Shown: positions 48,610 to 60,876, counted from the first letter of the stretch. The stretch is 64,000 nucleotides of DNA from Longimicrobiales bacterium (GCA_965203485.1 OZ241892.1:3008001-3072000); one strand, 5' to 3'. The notes: a model not told the origin generated them from the letters alone. Program-made: numbers and translations.

Positions 48610-49617
48610 CTAGGAACAGGACTCGCCCGCAACGGCCCGCACCGGACGCACGAAAATGTAGGACGGGTCCGCGTAGTACACGGAGACTTGCCTGCCGTTC
48701 ATCATTCTCGTGGTCGGCTTCCGGCTGGCCTCCAGCGTCACGACGCTGTCGGCAAACATCCCGACATACTTCGGATTGCCCGGAACACGGCGGACCGACG
48801 GCAACAGCGCATAGCAACCCGTGGCTAGGTCCATGACCACGCCGCCCAGCTCGTCCTCATACGTCGTGACGACGAGTCGACCATCGTCAGCCAGGAACAT
48901 GCTGGTGTATCCTTCCAGGTCCGCCAGCTCAGTGGGCAATGAAACCACGTGCGGTTCCGCGCCGACCTTGTATTCCGTAAGGACGAGGTCCATGCCGGCT
49001 ACGTTCGAGCCGGCCAGCACATATGCGGACGAGTCCGCACATGCCAGCTTTGTGGTCACATAGGCCATCACGACATCACGGGCCGGAGCCGACGTCGCTT
49101 GCAACAGCGGCCGGGCCTCTCCGCCCAACGCTACGCTCTCACCGTCGTCGTCTCGGAACACCACGCCCTCTTGCGTCGTGACCGCAGGACGACCGTTCAA
49201 CGCGCAGAGACTCCTCGTGTCCGGCGCTTTCGGCGTCCACTGATGGAGCAGGGCGCCCGACCAGCTCCAATAGATGACTCTGCCCGGGCCGGCCACAAAG
49301 ACCCCGTCCGGCCCCACGGCCGTCGCGTTCACTTTTCTGGTTTCGCCCGGACCGTCCCCCGGCCGACCTCCGCCGAAGACGTGCTGCACCGAGCCGTCGT
49401 CCAGCGAATAGGCGTTCACGCCCAGCGGTTCGGCGGCCTCCGAGACCAATACAAGCCGGCGGTCATAGTCGACGGCCACCGCAACGGAGAACATATACTC
49501 CTCGCCGCCGGCGACTTCTCGGCCAACATCGAAGTCCACCTCCAGAATCTGTTGCGTCGCCGCGGTCGGCACGCTCGCCGCCAACGCGACCATTATGGTG
49601 CTCCACGTTGTGCGCAT
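48610..49617 (-). CDS. Secreted protein, array paralog 3
   Basis: MRTTWSTIMVALAASVPTAATQQILEVD signal peptide and shared body. Confidence 0.8.
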   Translation of the reverse strand: MRTTWSTIMVALAASVPTAATQQILEVDFDVGREVAGGEEYMFSVAVAVDYDRRLVLVSEAAEPLGVNAYSLDDGSVQHVFGGGRPGDGPGETRKVNATAVGPDGVFVAGPGRVIYWSWSGALLHQWTPKAPDTRSLCALNGRPAVTTQEGVVFRDDDGESVALGGEARPLLQATSAPARDVVMAYVTTKLACADSSAYVLAGSNVAGMDLVLTEYKVGAEPHVVSLPTELADLEGYTSMFLADDGRLVVTTYEDELGGVVMDLATGCYALLPSVRRVPGNPKYVGMFADSVVTLEASRKPTTRMMNGRQVSVYYADPSYIFVRPVRAVAGESCS

Positions 49618-50456
49618 GGCTAGCTCAAGTCTTGCCGAGAGCTTGGCCCAAATGGATCCACCCGTCCCACGAGCCGCTGCAGGATTGATCATATTGGCAA
49701 ACGGTGTGCGTCAGAGAGACAACAATCAAATTGATCGTATGTTCCATCTGATCTCTGAGTTTGCACACCGTGATAGATATTCCTGGAAGCTCGCCGGGGG
49801 CACCGGAACTTGGGGTGCGGCCGCTCACCCATATCTCATCAGGACAATCCCTATCCATAGCAACCGCATCGGTGCCCGCGAACAGCGCACCGCACGCTTC
49901 TGGCACTACCGCTTCTTCAACCCAAGCGAGCCGTTCAATTCCGGGCAATGAACTCGCAACCAGCCTGCTCGTCTTGCTGGTTGCCATTGGCAAACTCATC
50001 GCCGGGTCGTCGCTCGCCGACTCCAAAATTGCATCTGCCGTTCATGCGGGCAACTCCTGTTTGGCGAAGGAATTGTCTGGAGCCATCCAGCGCTCGCCAA
50101 GACGCGGAGGACTCGCCTTGAAGGTGGGCAACTCGCCGGGGAATGGCAATCCCGGATCGGGCCACCACGCCCGAAGGCGGCCCCACCGACCATCGATTCT
50201 CCTTGCGACACAAGGCGTTTCGAAGAGAACTCCGCCCTTCGCGGCCACCGGTCTCGGCCCGCCAACGCCCACACGCCAAGCCGCCCGTACCTTTACCGGC
50301 AGGACTCGTCCACGCCGACGGCCTCGCCAAGCCGCGAGGCATGCGGCTCCGGCGGCCCGTCCGAACACGCCAACGCCCACACGCCACCTCCGCCGAGGCC
50401 TCAAGGGCCGCGCCGCTCCCCAGCCGCACGGCCTCGCCGACCGCCGCCAACGCCCC

Positions 50457-51515
50457 GTGCCCATTCGCTCCAGCCGCCGCCCCGGCGCCGCGCCAACCGC
50501 CGACGCCGGCCTCGTCCTCATCGCGCTGATCTGGGGGCTCAACTTCGCCATCGTCAAGGGGGCGCTGGCCGAGATCGAGCCGCTGGCCTTCAACGCGCTC
50601 CGGTTCTTGCTGGCGGGGGCGGCCGTGGCGGCGCTGCTGCGCGTGCAGGGCCGGCGGATGCTGCCTCGGGCGAGGGACTGGGGGAAGGTGATCCTCTTGG
50701 CGCTGGCGGGCCACGTGCTCTTTCAGTTCTGCTTCATCTTCGGGCTGGAGCGGACGCTGGCGGGGAACGCGGCCCTGCTGCTGGCGACCTGTCCGCTCTG
50801 GGTGGTGCTGCTGGGGAGCCTGCTCGGGCGCGAGCGCTTCAGCTTGGCGGTGGCGTGCGGGGCCGCGTGCACCTTCGGAGGCACGGTCTTGCTCGTCGCG
50901 GGAGGAACGGACGCCGTCGGGGGCAGCACGGAGGGCGACCTGCTCATGGTGGGGGCGGCCGTGCTGTGGGCGCTGTACACGATCTTCGGGCGGCGCATGG
51001 TCAAGCGGCACGGCGCGCTCGAGACGACGGCGTGGACGCTGTGGGCGGGGACGCCGTTCGTGGTCGCGGCGGGGTTGCCGGGGCTTGCGCGCACGGAGCT
51101 GGGATCGCTCTCGGCGGCGACTTGGGGCGCGCTCCTTCACGCGGGCGTGCTGGCGGTCGCCGTCGCGTACGCCATCTGGTACCGCTCGGTCGGCGCCATC
51201 GGGCAGAGCCGGACGGCCGTCTACCAGAACCTGGTGCCCGTGTTCGCGCTGCTGGCGGCGTGGGCGTGGCTGGGCGAGACGCCGGGGCGCGTGCAGCTGG
51301 CGGGCGCGGGCGTGATCTTTGCCGGGCTCGTCGTGGCGCGCCGTGGAGGCGGCAGGAGGGCGCGGGGAGACGGGCGGCGGCGCGAGAGCCGGAGCGGGCG
51401 CCGAACTGGGCCTCGATGCAGGAGACGCGGACCCGGGCGCGGAGCGGGCGCGGGCGGGCGCAACCGAAGCGAAGGGCCGGGCGGGCGGGACCTCGGCGGG
51501 GACGCGGGGACGTGA
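50457..51515 (+). CDS. EamA/DMT-family transporter (start uncertain)
   Basis: IWGLNFAIVK, LRF, NAALL, GDLLM, NLVPVFA. Confidence 0.88.
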   Translation: MPIRSSRRPGAAPTADAGLVLIALIWGLNFAIVKGALAEIEPLAFNALRFLLAGAAVAALLRVQGRRMLPRARDWGKVILLALAGHVLFQFCFIFGLERTLAGNAALLLATCPLWVVLLGSLLGRERFSLAVACGAACTFGGTVLLVAGGTDAVGGSTEGDLLMVGAAVLWALYTIFGRRMVKRHGALETTAWTLWAGTPFVVAAGLPGLARTELGSLSAATWGALLHAGVLAVAVAYAIWYRSVGAIGQSRTAVYQNLVPVFALLAAWAWLGETPGRVQLAGAGVIFAGLVVARRGGGRRARGDGRRRESRSGRRTGPRCRRRGPGRGAGAGGRNRSEGPGGRDLGGDAGT

Positions 51516-54500
51516 AGAAGGACGCCATCCGCATTCGCGGCGCCCGCCAGCACAACCTCAAGGGCATCGACCTCGACATTCCGCGCGACTCGCTGGTCGT
51601 GCTGACGGGGCCGTCGGGGTCGGGCAAGTCCACGCTCGCGCTCGACGTGCTCTTCGCGGCGGGCCAGCGGCGCTACATCGAGGCGCTCTCCACCTACGCC
51701 AAGCAGTTCCTCGAGCGGCTGCAGAAGCCGGACGCGGACGCGATCGAAGGACTCTCGCCCGCCGTCGCCATCCAGCAGCGCAGTCCGGTCTCGAGCAACC
51801 GGTCCACCGTCGGCACGGCCACCGAAATCCACGACTACCTGCGTCTGTTGTATGCGCGGGCCGGGCGCGTGTCCTGTCCGCACTGCGGCGCGGAAGTGCG
51901 GCCCGACACCGTTTCGGACGCCGTGGACCGTCTGGCCGCCCTGCCGCCGGGCGCCCGGTTCGTCGTCGCCTTCCCCCTGGCCCGCAGCGCGCGCAGCGAC
52001 CACGACCGGATCGCGCGCAACCTGCTGGCCCTGGGATTCGTGCGCGCGCTGGCGGACGGGGAGGCGGTGCGGCTGTCCGAGGAACGCGCCACCGAGTCCG
52101 GCGGCGTGGAGCGCCGTGACGCGGAGGCCGCGCCCCGCGCACCGCAACCCGCCGCCGCAACCGGCTCCCCCCTCCCCGATCTCGCCGCCGCCAAGGAGGT
52201 CCTCGTCGTCGTGGACCGGATGGCCGTGCCGGCGGACCCGTCCAAGGACTGGCAGGACCGCCTTGCCGACTCGCTCGCCACCTGCTTTCGCGAAGGAGAG
52301 GGCCGGGCCGCGGCGGTGCGCGCGGGGGAGCCCGAGCCGTTCGCGCGATTCTCCGAGCGCTTCGTCTGCGCCGCGCACCCGGAGACGGAGTTCCTGGAGC
52401 CCTCCCCGCGCCTGTTCTCCTTCAACAACCCCTACGGAAGCTGTCCGGCGTGCACCGGCTTCGGCGCGACGCTGGAGTACGATCCGGCGCTCGTGGTGCC
52501 CAACGAGGAATGGTCGATCGAGCAAGGCGCGGTGGACCCCTGGGCCAAGCCCCGCTACGGCCGCGAGCGGGCCGCGCTTCGCCGCTTCGCCGCCGCCGAG
52601 GGCGTCTCGACGCACGTCCCTTGGAAGGAGATGCCCGAGGAGTTTCGCGAAGCCGTGCTGTACGGCAAGGGGCGGTTCAAGGGCGTGATGGGCTTTCTCG
52701 CGGGAAAGGAGCGGCGCCGGTACAAGCAGTACATCCGCGTCTTCCTGCGCCGGTACCAGCGGCCGCGCCCCTGCCGGGCCTGCGAGGGATCGAGGCTGCG
52801 CCCCGAGGCCGGATGGGTGACGGTGGGCGGGTGCGGCATCGCCGAGGCGAGCGCCATGCCGGTGGACCGGTTCGCGGCTTGGCTCGCCGGCTTGGACTTC
52901 AGGCCCGCCGAGGCGCGGATCGCGGCGCCGGTTCTCCGTGAGCTGCGGCGCCGCGCGGCCTTTCTGGCCGACGTTGGCCTCGGATACCTCGCGCTCTCCA
53001 GGCTCGCGCGGACGCTGTCGGGGGGCGAGACGCAACGGATCGCGCTGGCCAACTCGCTCGGCTCCCGGCTGGTCGACACGCTCTACGTGCTGGACGAGCC
53101 CTCGGCCGGACTGCACCCGACCGACATGGCGGCGCTGGTCAGGCAGCTCGAGCGGCTGCGCGACGACGGCAACACGGTGCTGGTCGTGGAGCACGACGCG
53201 GGCGCCGTCAGGGCCGCCGATCACGTCGTCGAACTCGGGCCGGGCGCGGGAGACTCCGGGGGCGAGGTCGTCTTCGAGGGCGCGCCCGCGGTTCTCGAAC
53301 GCGCCGACACGGCCACCGGCCGCCACTTGGCGGGCCGCCGCGGTCCCGCCGAGCGCCTGGAGCTCCGCCAGCCGCTGGACGGCCCCCGGCTGCGGATCGC
53401 GGGCGCGAGCCTGCACAATCTCCGGAACGTGGACGCGGAGTTTCCGGTCGGCGCGTTCTCGGTGGTCACCGGCGTTTCCGGCTCCGGCAAGTCCACGCTC
53501 GTCCACGACGTGCTCCATCGCGCGATCGAGCGCGAACTCGGGGACGGAGAGACCTCGGCGAAGGAGCACCTGGGCGATCCCGTGGGCGCGTACTCGCGGC
53601 TGGAGGGCCTGGAGCGCCTCGACGCGGCCGTGCTGGTCGACCAGAGTCCCATCGGCCGCACTCCCCGCTCCAATCCGGCCACCTACGTCGGGGCGTGGGG
53701 CGAGGTCCGCCGCTTCTTCGCGCGCCAGCCGGCGGCCAAGGCGTCCGGGCTCTCGGCGCGGAGCTTCTCGTTCAACGTGGACGGGGGCCGCTGCCCGGCG
53801 TGCAAGGGCCTGGGGACGGTGGAAGTGGAGATGGTGTTCATGGCCAACGTTCACGTGGAGTGCGAAGCCTGCGGCGGACAGCGGTACCGGCCGGATGTCC
53901 TGGAGGTGAGGGCGCGCGGCCTGAACGTCCGCGACGTGCTGGACCTGACCGTGGACCGGGCCATCCGCTTCTTCGCCCGCGAGCGCGCGCTGGGACGCGT
54001 CCTCTGGCACCTGCGCCAGACCGGGCTGGGCTACTTGCGCCTGGGCCAGCCCGCGACGACCCTGTCGGGCGGCGAGGCGCAACGGCTCAAGATCGCGAGG
54101 GAGATGATCTCGGCGCGCAGGAGGTCGCGTGGCCGGGGAGCGGGCGGAGCAATGGGCGGAAGGGACCGGCGGAACGGCGCGAGAGCCGGAGGCCGGGGCC
54201 GGACGCTCTACATCCTGGACGAGCCCACCACGGGCCTTTCGGGCGAGGAAGTGGAGCTCCTGGTCGGCGTGCTTCGCAAGCTCGTCGAGGCCGGCAACAC
54301 GCTGATCGTCGTCGAGCACGACCTGGACGTGATCATGGCGGCGGACTGGGTGGTGGACATGGGACCCGGCGCTGGGCCCGACGGAGGCCGGGTGGTGGCC
54401 GCCGGGCGTCCCGAAGAGATCGCCGCCGAACCCGACAGCGCCACCGGACGTTGCCTGGCGGCGGCGCTGAAGAGGGCGGCCGGCACGACCCGCGCGGCCG

Positions 54501-54517
54501 CGGCAACCGCACCGTGA
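51512..54517 (+). CDS. uvrA: Excinuclease ABC subunit A
   Basis: GARQHNLK, two GxSGSGKS motifs, two LSGGE motifs, Zn fingers, FSFN. Confidence 0.93.
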   Translation: MKKDAIRIRGARQHNLKGIDLDIPRDSLVVLTGPSGSGKSTLALDVLFAAGQRRYIEALSTYAKQFLERLQKPDADAIEGLSPAVAIQQRSPVSSNRSTVGTATEIHDYLRLLYARAGRVSCPHCGAEVRPDTVSDAVDRLAALPPGARFVVAFPLARSARSDHDRIARNLLALGFVRALADGEAVRLSEERATESGGVERRDAEAAPRAPQPAAATGSPLPDLAAAKEVLVVVDRMAVPADPSKDWQDRLADSLATCFREGEGRAAAVRAGEPEPFARFSERFVCAAHPETEFLEPSPRLFSFNNPYGSCPACTGFGATLEYDPALVVPNEEWSIEQGAVDPWAKPRYGRERAALRRFAAAEGVSTHVPWKEMPEEFREAVLYGKGRFKGVMGFLAGKERRRYKQYIRVFLRRYQRPRPCRACEGSRLRPEAGWVTVGGCGIAEASAMPVDRFAAWLAGLDFRPAEARIAAPVLRELRRRAAFLADVGLGYLALSRLARTLSGGETQRIALANSLGSRLVDTLYVLDEPSAGLHPTDMAALVRQLERLRDDGNTVLVVEHDAGAVRAADHVVELGPGAGDSGGEVVFEGAPAVLERADTATGRHLAGRRGPAERLELRQPLDGPRLRIAGASLHNLRNVDAEFPVGAFSVVTGVSGSGKSTLVHDVLHRAIERELGDGETSAKEHLGDPVGAYSRLEGLERLDAAVLVDQSPIGRTPRSNPATYVGAWGEVRRFFARQPAAKASGLSARSFSFNVDGGRCPACKGLGTVEVEMVFMANVHVECEACGGQRYRPDVLEVRARGLNVRDVLDLTVDRAIRFFARERALGRVLWHLRQTGLGYLRLGQPATTLSGGEAQRLKIAREMISARRRSRGRGAGGAMGGRDRRNGARAGGRGRTLYILDEPTTGLSGEEVELLVGVLRKLVEAGNTLIVVEHDLDVIMAADWVVDMGPGAGPDGGRVVAAGRPEEIAAEPDSATGRCLAAALKRAAGTTRAAAATAP

Positions 54518-55644
54518 CGGGAGGCGAGCCCCGGGTCGCGGTCCTCCTCCCGGTTCGGGACGCCGCCTCCACCCTGGGCACCGCCCTGGCGTCCCTCTCC
54601 GCCCAGACGTTGGCCGGCTTCGAGGTCGTGATCGTGGACGACGGATCGCGCGACGACACCGTTTCCGTCGCCCTCGACTGGATCGCGGGATTCGACAGCG
54701 CACCGCAACCGTCCTCGTCGGCCGCCGCCGACACGCCGTCCCGCCGGGCGCGCCTCGTCCGCAATCCCCGCGACGGCCTCGTCCCCGCCCTTCAGCGCGG
54801 CCTGGCCCAAGTGCGCACCGCCTTCGCGGCCCGCATGGACGGCGACGACATCTGCCACCCCCGCCGGCTCGCGGCCCAACTCGCCTATTTGGACGCCCGC
54901 CCGGAACTGGCCGGATGCGGCACGGGCGTGCGCATGGTCCCGGAATCCGCCGTCACCCCGCGAGCCGCCGAGTACGCCGGCTGGCTGAACGGCCTCACGA
55001 GCTGGAGCGCGGTGCGGCGCGACATCTTCGTCGAATGCCCGCTGGCCCATCCCACCTTCATGTTCCGCACGCGCGCGTTGCGGGCCGTGGACGGCTACCG
55101 CGACCAAGGCTGGCCCGAGGACTACGACCTGCTTCTGCGACTCTGGCGCTGCGGCCGCCGCTTCGCGACGCTTCCCGAGACGCTGCTCGACTGGACCGAC
55201 AGCGCGGACCGCACCAGCCGCACCAATCCGGCGTACTCGCTGGACGCGCTCCGCCGTTGCCGGGTCCACCACCTGCGCCGCACCCTGCTCGCCGGGCGGC
55301 CGGGCGTGGTCGTTTGGGGGGCTGGTCCGACCGGCAAGGCGCTCGCCAGGGAGTTTCGCGCGCAGGGCGTCCCGGTGCTCGGCTTCGTCGACGTCGATCC
55401 CCGCAAGATCGGCCAGGAGGTCCACGGCGTGCCCGTGTGGGCGTCCCCTGGTTCGCCGGAGCCGACGGACGCCCCGAAGACGGCCCCGGGGTCCATCCAA
55501 GCCGCGCCGGCGCCGAACGCCGCCGGCTTCGCCGACGCGCTTCACGTTGGGGCGGTGGCGCGCGCCGAGGGCCGCCAAGCCGTCCGCACGGCCGCCGCCA
55601 AAGCGGGCCTCGAAGACGGCCGGAACTTCGTCGCCATGGCCTAG
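54514..55644 (+). CDS. Glycosyltransferase family 2 with C-terminal Rossmann-like domain
   Basis: VDDGSRD, RMDGDD, EDYDL, WGAGPTG. Confidence 0.88.
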   Translation: MTGGEPRVAVLLPVRDAASTLGTALASLSAQTLAGFEVVIVDDGSRDDTVSVALDWIAGFDSAPQPSSSAAADTPSRRARLVRNPRDGLVPALQRGLAQVRTAFAARMDGDDICHPRRLAAQLAYLDARPELAGCGTGVRMVPESAVTPRAAEYAGWLNGLTSWSAVRRDIFVECPLAHPTFMFRTRALRAVDGYRDQGWPEDYDLLLRLWRCGRRFATLPETLLDWTDSADRTSRTNPAYSLDALRRCRVHHLRRTLLAGRPGVVVWGAGPTGKALAREFRAQGVPVLGFVDVDPRKIGQEVHGVPVWASPGSPEPTDAPKTAPGSIQAAPAPNAAGFADALHVGAVARAEGRQAVRTAAAKAGLEDGRNFVAMA

Positions 55645-55826
55645 CGGGCGCCGTCCGGCGGGCTCGGGCCGCCCGCCCGGCATACCGTCCGCGGCAGGGC
55701 CGTCTCCGGTCGCCGATCCGCTATATTGGAAGGGCGTCGCCGTCGCCGCCGCAGGTGCCTTCAGCCCCTGTCCCGGCGCCCTTTCGCGCCGCCCTTCCGC
55801 AGACCTCTCCCGCCGGTGGCCCCACC

Positions 55827-58349
55827 ATGCTCGAAACCGACCAGAGCGGCGCCGGCGAACGAATCCTGGAGCGCGTACTAGAACAGGAGATGCGCGACTC
55901 GTTCATCGACTACTCGATGAGCGTAAACATGCAGCGCGCCCTGCCGGACGTGCGCGACGGCCTCAAGCCCGTCCACCGGCGGATCCTCTACGCCATGTAC
56001 GAGCTGGGCCTCACCCCGGGCCGCGCGTACAAGAAGTGCGCCACCGTCGTCGGCGAAGTCCTGGGAAAGTACCACCCGCACGGCGACTCGGCCGTCTACG
56101 ACGCGCTGGTCCGCATGGTGCAGGACTTCTCGCTGCGCTATCCGCTGGTGGACGGACAGGGCAACTTCGGATCGATCGACGGCGACGCGGCGGCCGCCTA
56201 CCGCTACACCGAAGCCCGCCTGCAACGGCTCACCATCGAACTGCTCGCGGACATAGACAAGGGGACCGTGCCCTTCGAGGAAAACTTCGACGGACGCCTC
56301 GAAGAGCCCACAGTCCTTCCGTCGAAGGCCCCGAACCTGCTCGTCAACGGATCGTCGGGCATCGCCGTGGGAATGGCGACCAACATTCCCCCTCACAACC
56401 TGCGCGAAGTGGTCGCGGCGCTGCTCGCGCTGATCGACGATCCCGAGCTTCCCCAAGAAGAACTCGAGGCGATCGTGCAGGGCCCCGACTTCCCCACCGG
56501 CGGCTACGTCTGCGGCCGCGACGGCATCCGCGAAGCGTATCGAAACGGCCAAGGACGCATAGTCATGCGCGCCAAGGCGGACATCGAGGAAGAGGGCGAC
56601 GGGCCGCCGCGCATCGTGGTCAAGGAAATCCCCTTCATGGTGAACAAGTCGCGGCTCATGGAGCAAATCGCGAGCCTGGTCCGCGACAAGAAGGTCACAG
56701 CCATCCGCGACATGCGCGACGAATCGGACCGCGACGGCCTGCGCATGGTGATCGACCTCAAGCGCGACGCAGTGCCGCAGATCGTCTTGAACCGGTTGTA
56801 CAAGCACACGCAGATGCAATCCACGTTCGGCGCGATATTTCTTGCGCTCGTGGACGGCGTGCCGCGCACGATTTCACTGCGCGCGATGCTGCTGCGCTTC
56901 GTCGAGCATCGTCACCAAGTCGTCGTCAAGCGAAGCGAATTCGACTTGGCCGCCGCGAAGGAGCGCGAGCACGTCCTCGAGGGCTTGCGCATCGCCGTCG
57001 AGAACATCGACGAAGTCGTCAAGATCATTCGCGGCTCCCGCGACTCGGAAGAGGCGTCGGTAAAGCTGCGGGGCGTCTTCGGCCTTTCGGAGCGCCAGGC
57101 CCGCGCCATCCTCGAAATGCGGCTGGCCCGCCTGACCGGACTGGAGATCGAGAAGCTCGACGCCGAGCTGGCCGGCGTGAAGGCCGACATCGCGGAGCTT
57201 CAGCGCATTCTGGGCAGTCGCGACGTCCGCATGGGAATCATCAAGGACGAGCTGCGCGAGATCGATCGGCGCTACGGCGACGACCGGCGCACCGAGGTCG
57301 TCGGGCCAGTGGGATCGTTCGACGTCGAAGACTTGATCGTCGACGAGGAGGTGGTCATCACCATCTCCCGCGAAGGCTACGTCAAGCGCATTCCGCTGGA
57401 CACGTACCGGGCGCAGAGGCGCGGCGGCAGGGGACTCCGAGGGATGAGCACCAGGGCCGAGGACTGGGTGGAGCGGCTGTTCGTGGCGTCCACGCACGAC
57501 TACTTGATGGTCTTCACCGACTGGGGGCGTTGCCACTGGATCAAGGTGTGGGCGATCCCGCAGGGGAGCCGCCAATCGAAGGGCAAGCCGATCGTCAACA
57601 TGCTTCAACTGGGCCGGGGCGAAGGCTTGGCAGCCGTCGAAGCCGTGAGGGAGTTCCGCGACGATCAGTTCCTGTTCTTCTGCACCCAGAACGGCGTGGT
57701 CAAGAAGACCCGGCTGTCGGCGTTCAAGAACGTGCGCGCGGTGGGGATCATCGCGATCAAGATCGCGGAGGATGACAAGCTGATCGACGTGCGTGTGACC
57801 GACGGCGCGAACGAAGTGGTGCTGGGCACGCGCAGAGGCAAGGCGATCCGCTTCTCGGAGCGGGACGCGCGGCCTCGGGGGCGCGTGGCGGGCGGCGTGC
57901 GCGGCATTCGGCTGGACGAGGGGGACGAAGTGGCGGGGATGATCGTGGTGCGCCGCGAGGGGGCCTCGGTGCTGGTCGTGACCGAGCACGGCATGGGCAA
58001 GCGGAGCGACGTGGGCGCGTACCGGCACCAAGGGCGCGGCGGCAAGGGCGTCATCAACCTGAAGCTGTCCGAGAAGACGGGGGCCGTCGTGGCGGTCAAG
58101 TCCGTGATCGACGCGGACCAGCTGATGATGGTCACGCGAAACGGCGTCGTGAACCGGCAGAAGGCGTCGGAGATCCGGGTGATCGGGCGGGCCACGCAGG
58201 GCGTGCGGCTGATGAATCTGGACGAGGGCGACGAGGTCGTGGACGTGGCGCGGCTGATCGGCGAGGAGCGCGCGGACTCCGAGACGGCCGGCGCCCGCGG
58301 AGGCGACGGCGCGAGCGTCCTCGGCGGAGACGACAGCGAGGGCCCGTGA
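55827..58349 (+). CDS. gyrA: DNA gyrase subunit A
   Basis: [33 protein letters not shown], GyrA box QRRGGRG. Confidence 0.97.
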   Translation: MLETDQSGAGERILERVLEQEMRDSFIDYSMSVNMQRALPDVRDGLKPVHRRILYAMYELGLTPGRAYKKCATVVGEVLGKYHPHGDSAVYDALVRMVQDFSLRYPLVDGQGNFGSIDGDAAAAYRYTEARLQRLTIELLADIDKGTVPFEENFDGRLEEPTVLPSKAPNLLVNGSSGIAVGMATNIPPHNLREVVAALLALIDDPELPQEELEAIVQGPDFPTGGYVCGRDGIREAYRNGQGRIVMRAKADIEEEGDGPPRIVVKEIPFMVNKSRLMEQIASLVRDKKVTAIRDMRDESDRDGLRMVIDLKRDAVPQIVLNRLYKHTQMQSTFGAIFLALVDGVPRTISLRAMLLRFVEHRHQVVVKRSEFDLAAAKEREHVLEGLRIAVENIDEVVKIIRGSRDSEEASVKLRGVFGLSERQARAILEMRLARLTGLEIEKLDAELAGVKADIAELQRILGSRDVRMGIIKDELREIDRRYGDDRRTEVVGPVGSFDVEDLIVDEEVVITISREGYVKRIPLDTYRAQRRGGRGLRGMSTRAEDWVERLFVASTHDYLMVFTDWGRCHWIKVWAIPQGSRQSKGKPIVNMLQLGRGEGLAAVEAVREFRDDQFLFFCTQNGVVKKTRLSAFKNVRAVGIIAIKIAEDDKLIDVRVTDGANEVVLGTRRGKAIRFSERDARPRGRVAGGVRGIRLDEGDEVAGMIVVRREGASVLVVTEHGMGKRSDVGAYRHQGRGGKGVINLKLSEKTGAVVAVKSVIDADQLMMVTRNGVVNRQKASEIRVIGRATQGVRLMNLDEGDEVVDVARLIGEERADSETAGARGGDGASVLGGDDSEGP

Positions 58350-59377
58350 GCCTCCGTCAACGTGGCCGAAGTCGCCGGCCGTCTTCGCGCGGACGGCTGG
58401 ACCGGACGCTCGCTTCTCTGGACGACGTGCGGGCCGCCGCGGACAGGTTGCGCGGGCTTGTGCACCGGACGCCGTTGGTGCCCGACGAGGGCCTCTCCGC
58501 CGAGACGGGCGCGGACGTGCGGCTCAAGTGCGAGTCGCTGCAACGCACCGGGTCGTTCAAGGCGCGGGGCGCGTGCAACTTCGTGGCCCAGCTGTCGGAC
58601 GCCGAGCTGGCGAGGGGCGTGATCACCTATTCGTCGGGAAACCACGCGCAGGCCGTGGCCTACGCCGCTTCGCTGCGCGGCGCCCGAGCCGTGGTCGTCA
58701 TGCCCACGACGGCCCCCGAGATCAAGACGCAGGGGGCGCGGCGGCTGGGCGCCGAAGTCCAGTTCGCGGGCACCACATCGGAGGAGCGCCGCGTCCGGGC
58801 CGAGGAGATCGCCGCAGCGGAGGGCCTCGTGATCGTTCCGCCGTTCGACCACCCGCGCATCATCGCCGGCCAAGGCACGGTGGCCTTGGAGACCCAAGAG
58901 GACTGGCCCGAGCCGGACTTGTTCCTCGTGCCGGTCGGCGGAGGCGGCTTGGCCTCGGGGTGCGGCGCGGCGTTCGGCGGCTTGGGACCCGCGACGAAGG
59001 TCGTGGGCGTCGAGCCCGAGGGCGCGCCCAGCATGAGACGGGCCCTGGACGCGGGGGCGCCGGTCACGCTGGCCAGCGTGGACACCGTGGCGGACGGCCT
59101 CGCGCCCACCCGCGCCGGCGACCTCACGCACGCCCACGCGGACGCGTTCCTGGACGACGTGGTGCTGGTCGCGGACGACGAGATCCGGAGCGCCGCCGCG
59201 CACCTGGTCCGCCGCCGCAAGCTGGTCGTGGAGCATTCCGGCGCGGCGACCGTGGCCGCGCTCCGGTCTGGGAGGATCGACGTGCGGGGCCGCCGCGTGT
59301 GCGCCGTGCTTTCGGGCGGCAACCTGGACGGCCCGCTCCTGGCGGGCATCGCGGCCGGACAGCCACCATTCAGCTAG
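58346..59377 (+). CDS. Threonine/serine dehydratase (PLP fold II, no regulatory domain)
   Basis: [29 protein letters not shown]. Confidence 0.9.
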   Translation: MSLRQRGRSRRPSSRGRLDRTLASLDDVRAAADRLRGLVHRTPLVPDEGLSAETGADVRLKCESLQRTGSFKARGACNFVAQLSDAELARGVITYSSGNHAQAVAYAASLRGARAVVVMPTTAPEIKTQGARRLGAEVQFAGTTSEERRVRAEEIAAAEGLVIVPPFDHPRIIAGQGTVALETQEDWPEPDLFLVPVGGGGLASGCGAAFGGLGPATKVVGVEPEGAPSMRRALDAGAPVTLASVDTVADGLAPTRAGDLTHAHADAFLDDVVLVADDEIRSAAAHLVRRRKLVVEHSGAATVAALRSGRIDVRGRRVCAVLSGGNLDGPLLAGIAAGQPPFS

Positions 59378-59466
59378 CAGGAGCCGGACCGCGCCGGGCA
59401 GGGCAGCGGCGCCCCTCGGCGGACTTCGGGCTACACTCGAGTTTGGAAGCGACAAGGAGCTAGACC

Positions 59467-60171
59467 ATGGCAAGGAACAAGAGCGGTGCGGCGGGCATGA
59501 AGAAGTTCTACGGGGCGTTGGGCGCGGTGGCGGTCGCAGGCGCCGTCGCCGTGTGGTACGGCATGAGGGGCGGAGGCGCCGCCGTCGTCGAGCCTGTCGA
59601 GCTGGGCGAGCTGGAAGACCGGGAGATTCTGGATCGAGCGCCCTTCAAGGAGGCCGGCGACGCAGACGCGGCCGTCACGATCATCGAGTTCGGCGACTAC
59701 CAGTGCCCGAGCTGCCGCGTCTTCGCCACGGCCGAAAAGGCCCTGATCGACCTCACCTACGTGGAGACGGGCATCGCCAAGTTCCAGTACCGCGACTTCC
59801 CGCTGGAACAGCACGCCCACGCCTTCCTGGCGGCCCGCGCGTCCTGGTGCGCCGACGACCAGGACCAGTACTGGCCGTACCACGACGCGCTCTTCCGCAC
59901 GCAACGCGAGTGGACCGGGACGGGCAACGCCGTCCGCTTCTTCAGCCGCCTCGCCGGCGAGATCGGGCTCGACTCGCGGGACTTTCGCAGATGCCTGGCC
60001 AGCGACCGCCACGCCGAGGCCGTCACCGCCAGCGTCATGCTGGGCCAGCGCCTGGGGGTCAGAGGCACGCCCACCGTCATCGTCGACCGGGGCGACGGAC
60101 GCTGGATGACGCTGCCCAGCTCCGAATTTCCGCAGATCCAAGCCGTGGTCGAAGGCGCTTCCAGCAACTGA
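59467..60171 (+). CDS. DsbA-family thiol-disulfide oxidoreductase
   Basis: DYQCPSC, GTPT, N-terminal TM helix. Confidence 0.9.
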   Translation: MARNKSGAAGMKKFYGALGAVAVAGAVAVWYGMRGGGAAVVEPVELGELEDREILDRAPFKEAGDADAAVTIIEFGDYQCPSCRVFATAEKALIDLTYVETGIAKFQYRDFPLEQHAHAFLAARASWCADDQDQYWPYHDALFRTQREWTGTGNAVRFFSRLAGEIGLDSRDFRRCLASDRHAEAVTASVMLGQRLGVRGTPTVIVDRGDGRWMTLPSSEFPQIQAVVEGASSN

Positions 60172-60176
60172 GCGCC

Positions 60177-60620
60177 GTGACTGCGCCGCCGCCCCGCAAC
60201 CGGATGTGGATCGCGGCCCTGTCGCTGATCGGCGCGTTCCTGGCGTTCTACCTCGTCGCGGGCAACCTGGGCTGGACTCCGCCCGTGCAGTGCGGCGTGA
60301 GCGACTGCGGCACGGTGCAGGCGTCGCGCTACGCCTGGGTCGGCCCCGTTCCCGTCTCGGCGATCGGCTTGGCCGGCTACCTGGCGCTGTTCGCGCTGGC
60401 GCTGGCGGGGCTGCAACCCGGTCTTGCGCGGTCGCGTCTAGTCGCCGGACTGCTCTTCGGCGGGGCCTTGGGCGGCGTCCTCTTCAGCGCCTACCTCACC
60501 TATCTTGAAGCTGTCGTCATTCAGGCATGGTGCCAGTACTGCGTCGCCTCGGCCGTTCTGATCACCTTCGTGCTCGTAGCGGCCGTCCCCGAACTCAAGC
60601 GAGCGAAGGCAACAGCATGA
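60177..60620 (+). CDS. Vitamin K epoxide reductase (VKOR) family protein
   Basis: CGVSDCGTVQAS, WCQYC; adjacent to dsbA. Confidence 0.9.
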   Translation: MTAPPPRNRMWIAALSLIGAFLAFYLVAGNLGWTPPVQCGVSDCGTVQASRYAWVGPVPVSAIGLAGYLALFALALAGLQPGLARSRLVAGLLFGGALGGVLFSAYLTYLEAVVIQAWCQYCVASAVLITFVLVAAVPELKRAKATA

Positions 60621-60814
60621 GCAAAGACCGGATGCGCATCTGCATCACCTACGTCCATGAAGGCAACTTCCGCAGCGAAGTCATCCATTTGCCCGCGGCA
60701 GGCCGGTCCAAGCACGCCACCTTGGCCGACTTCGTCAGCAACGACCCGGCGGTCCAACGAGAGTTCTTCGTCAACTTCGACTACGTATGCTCGCTACAGG
60801 TCCTGCCCGACTAG
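60617..60814 (+). CDS. Small hypothetical protein
   Basis: ATGA overlap with VKOR; host-like codon usage. Confidence 0.55.
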   Translation: MSKDRMRICITYVHEGNFRSEVIHLPAAGRSKHATLADFVSNDPAVQREFFVNFDYVCSLQVLPD

Positions 60815-60876
60815 CGCCGGCAACTTCGCTTTCCGCGCGGTAGGCAACGAGGCGGAGGACAACCGGCTGACGATGA

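Larger units (their letters stand above)
47081..48948. repeat. Near-identical direct repeat with 1155-bp period (~47081-47793 vs ~48236-48948); similarity continues to ~49550
   Basis: Intergenic region and gene 3' half are duplicated with few substitutions. Confidence 0.9.

Noticed and set aside
46054..49617. Diversity-generating retroelement or shufflon
   Set aside because: No reverse transcriptase or invertase in the window; differences are not adenine-specific; all copies are in direct orientation.
49625..50026. 133-aa Cys-containing ORF upstream of the array
   Set aside because: No recognisable motif or convincing start; cannot be distinguished from non-coding or decayed DNA.
56070..56110. 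Quinolone-resistance substitutions in gyrA
   Set aside because: HGDSAVYD retains the Ser83 and Asp87 equivalents.
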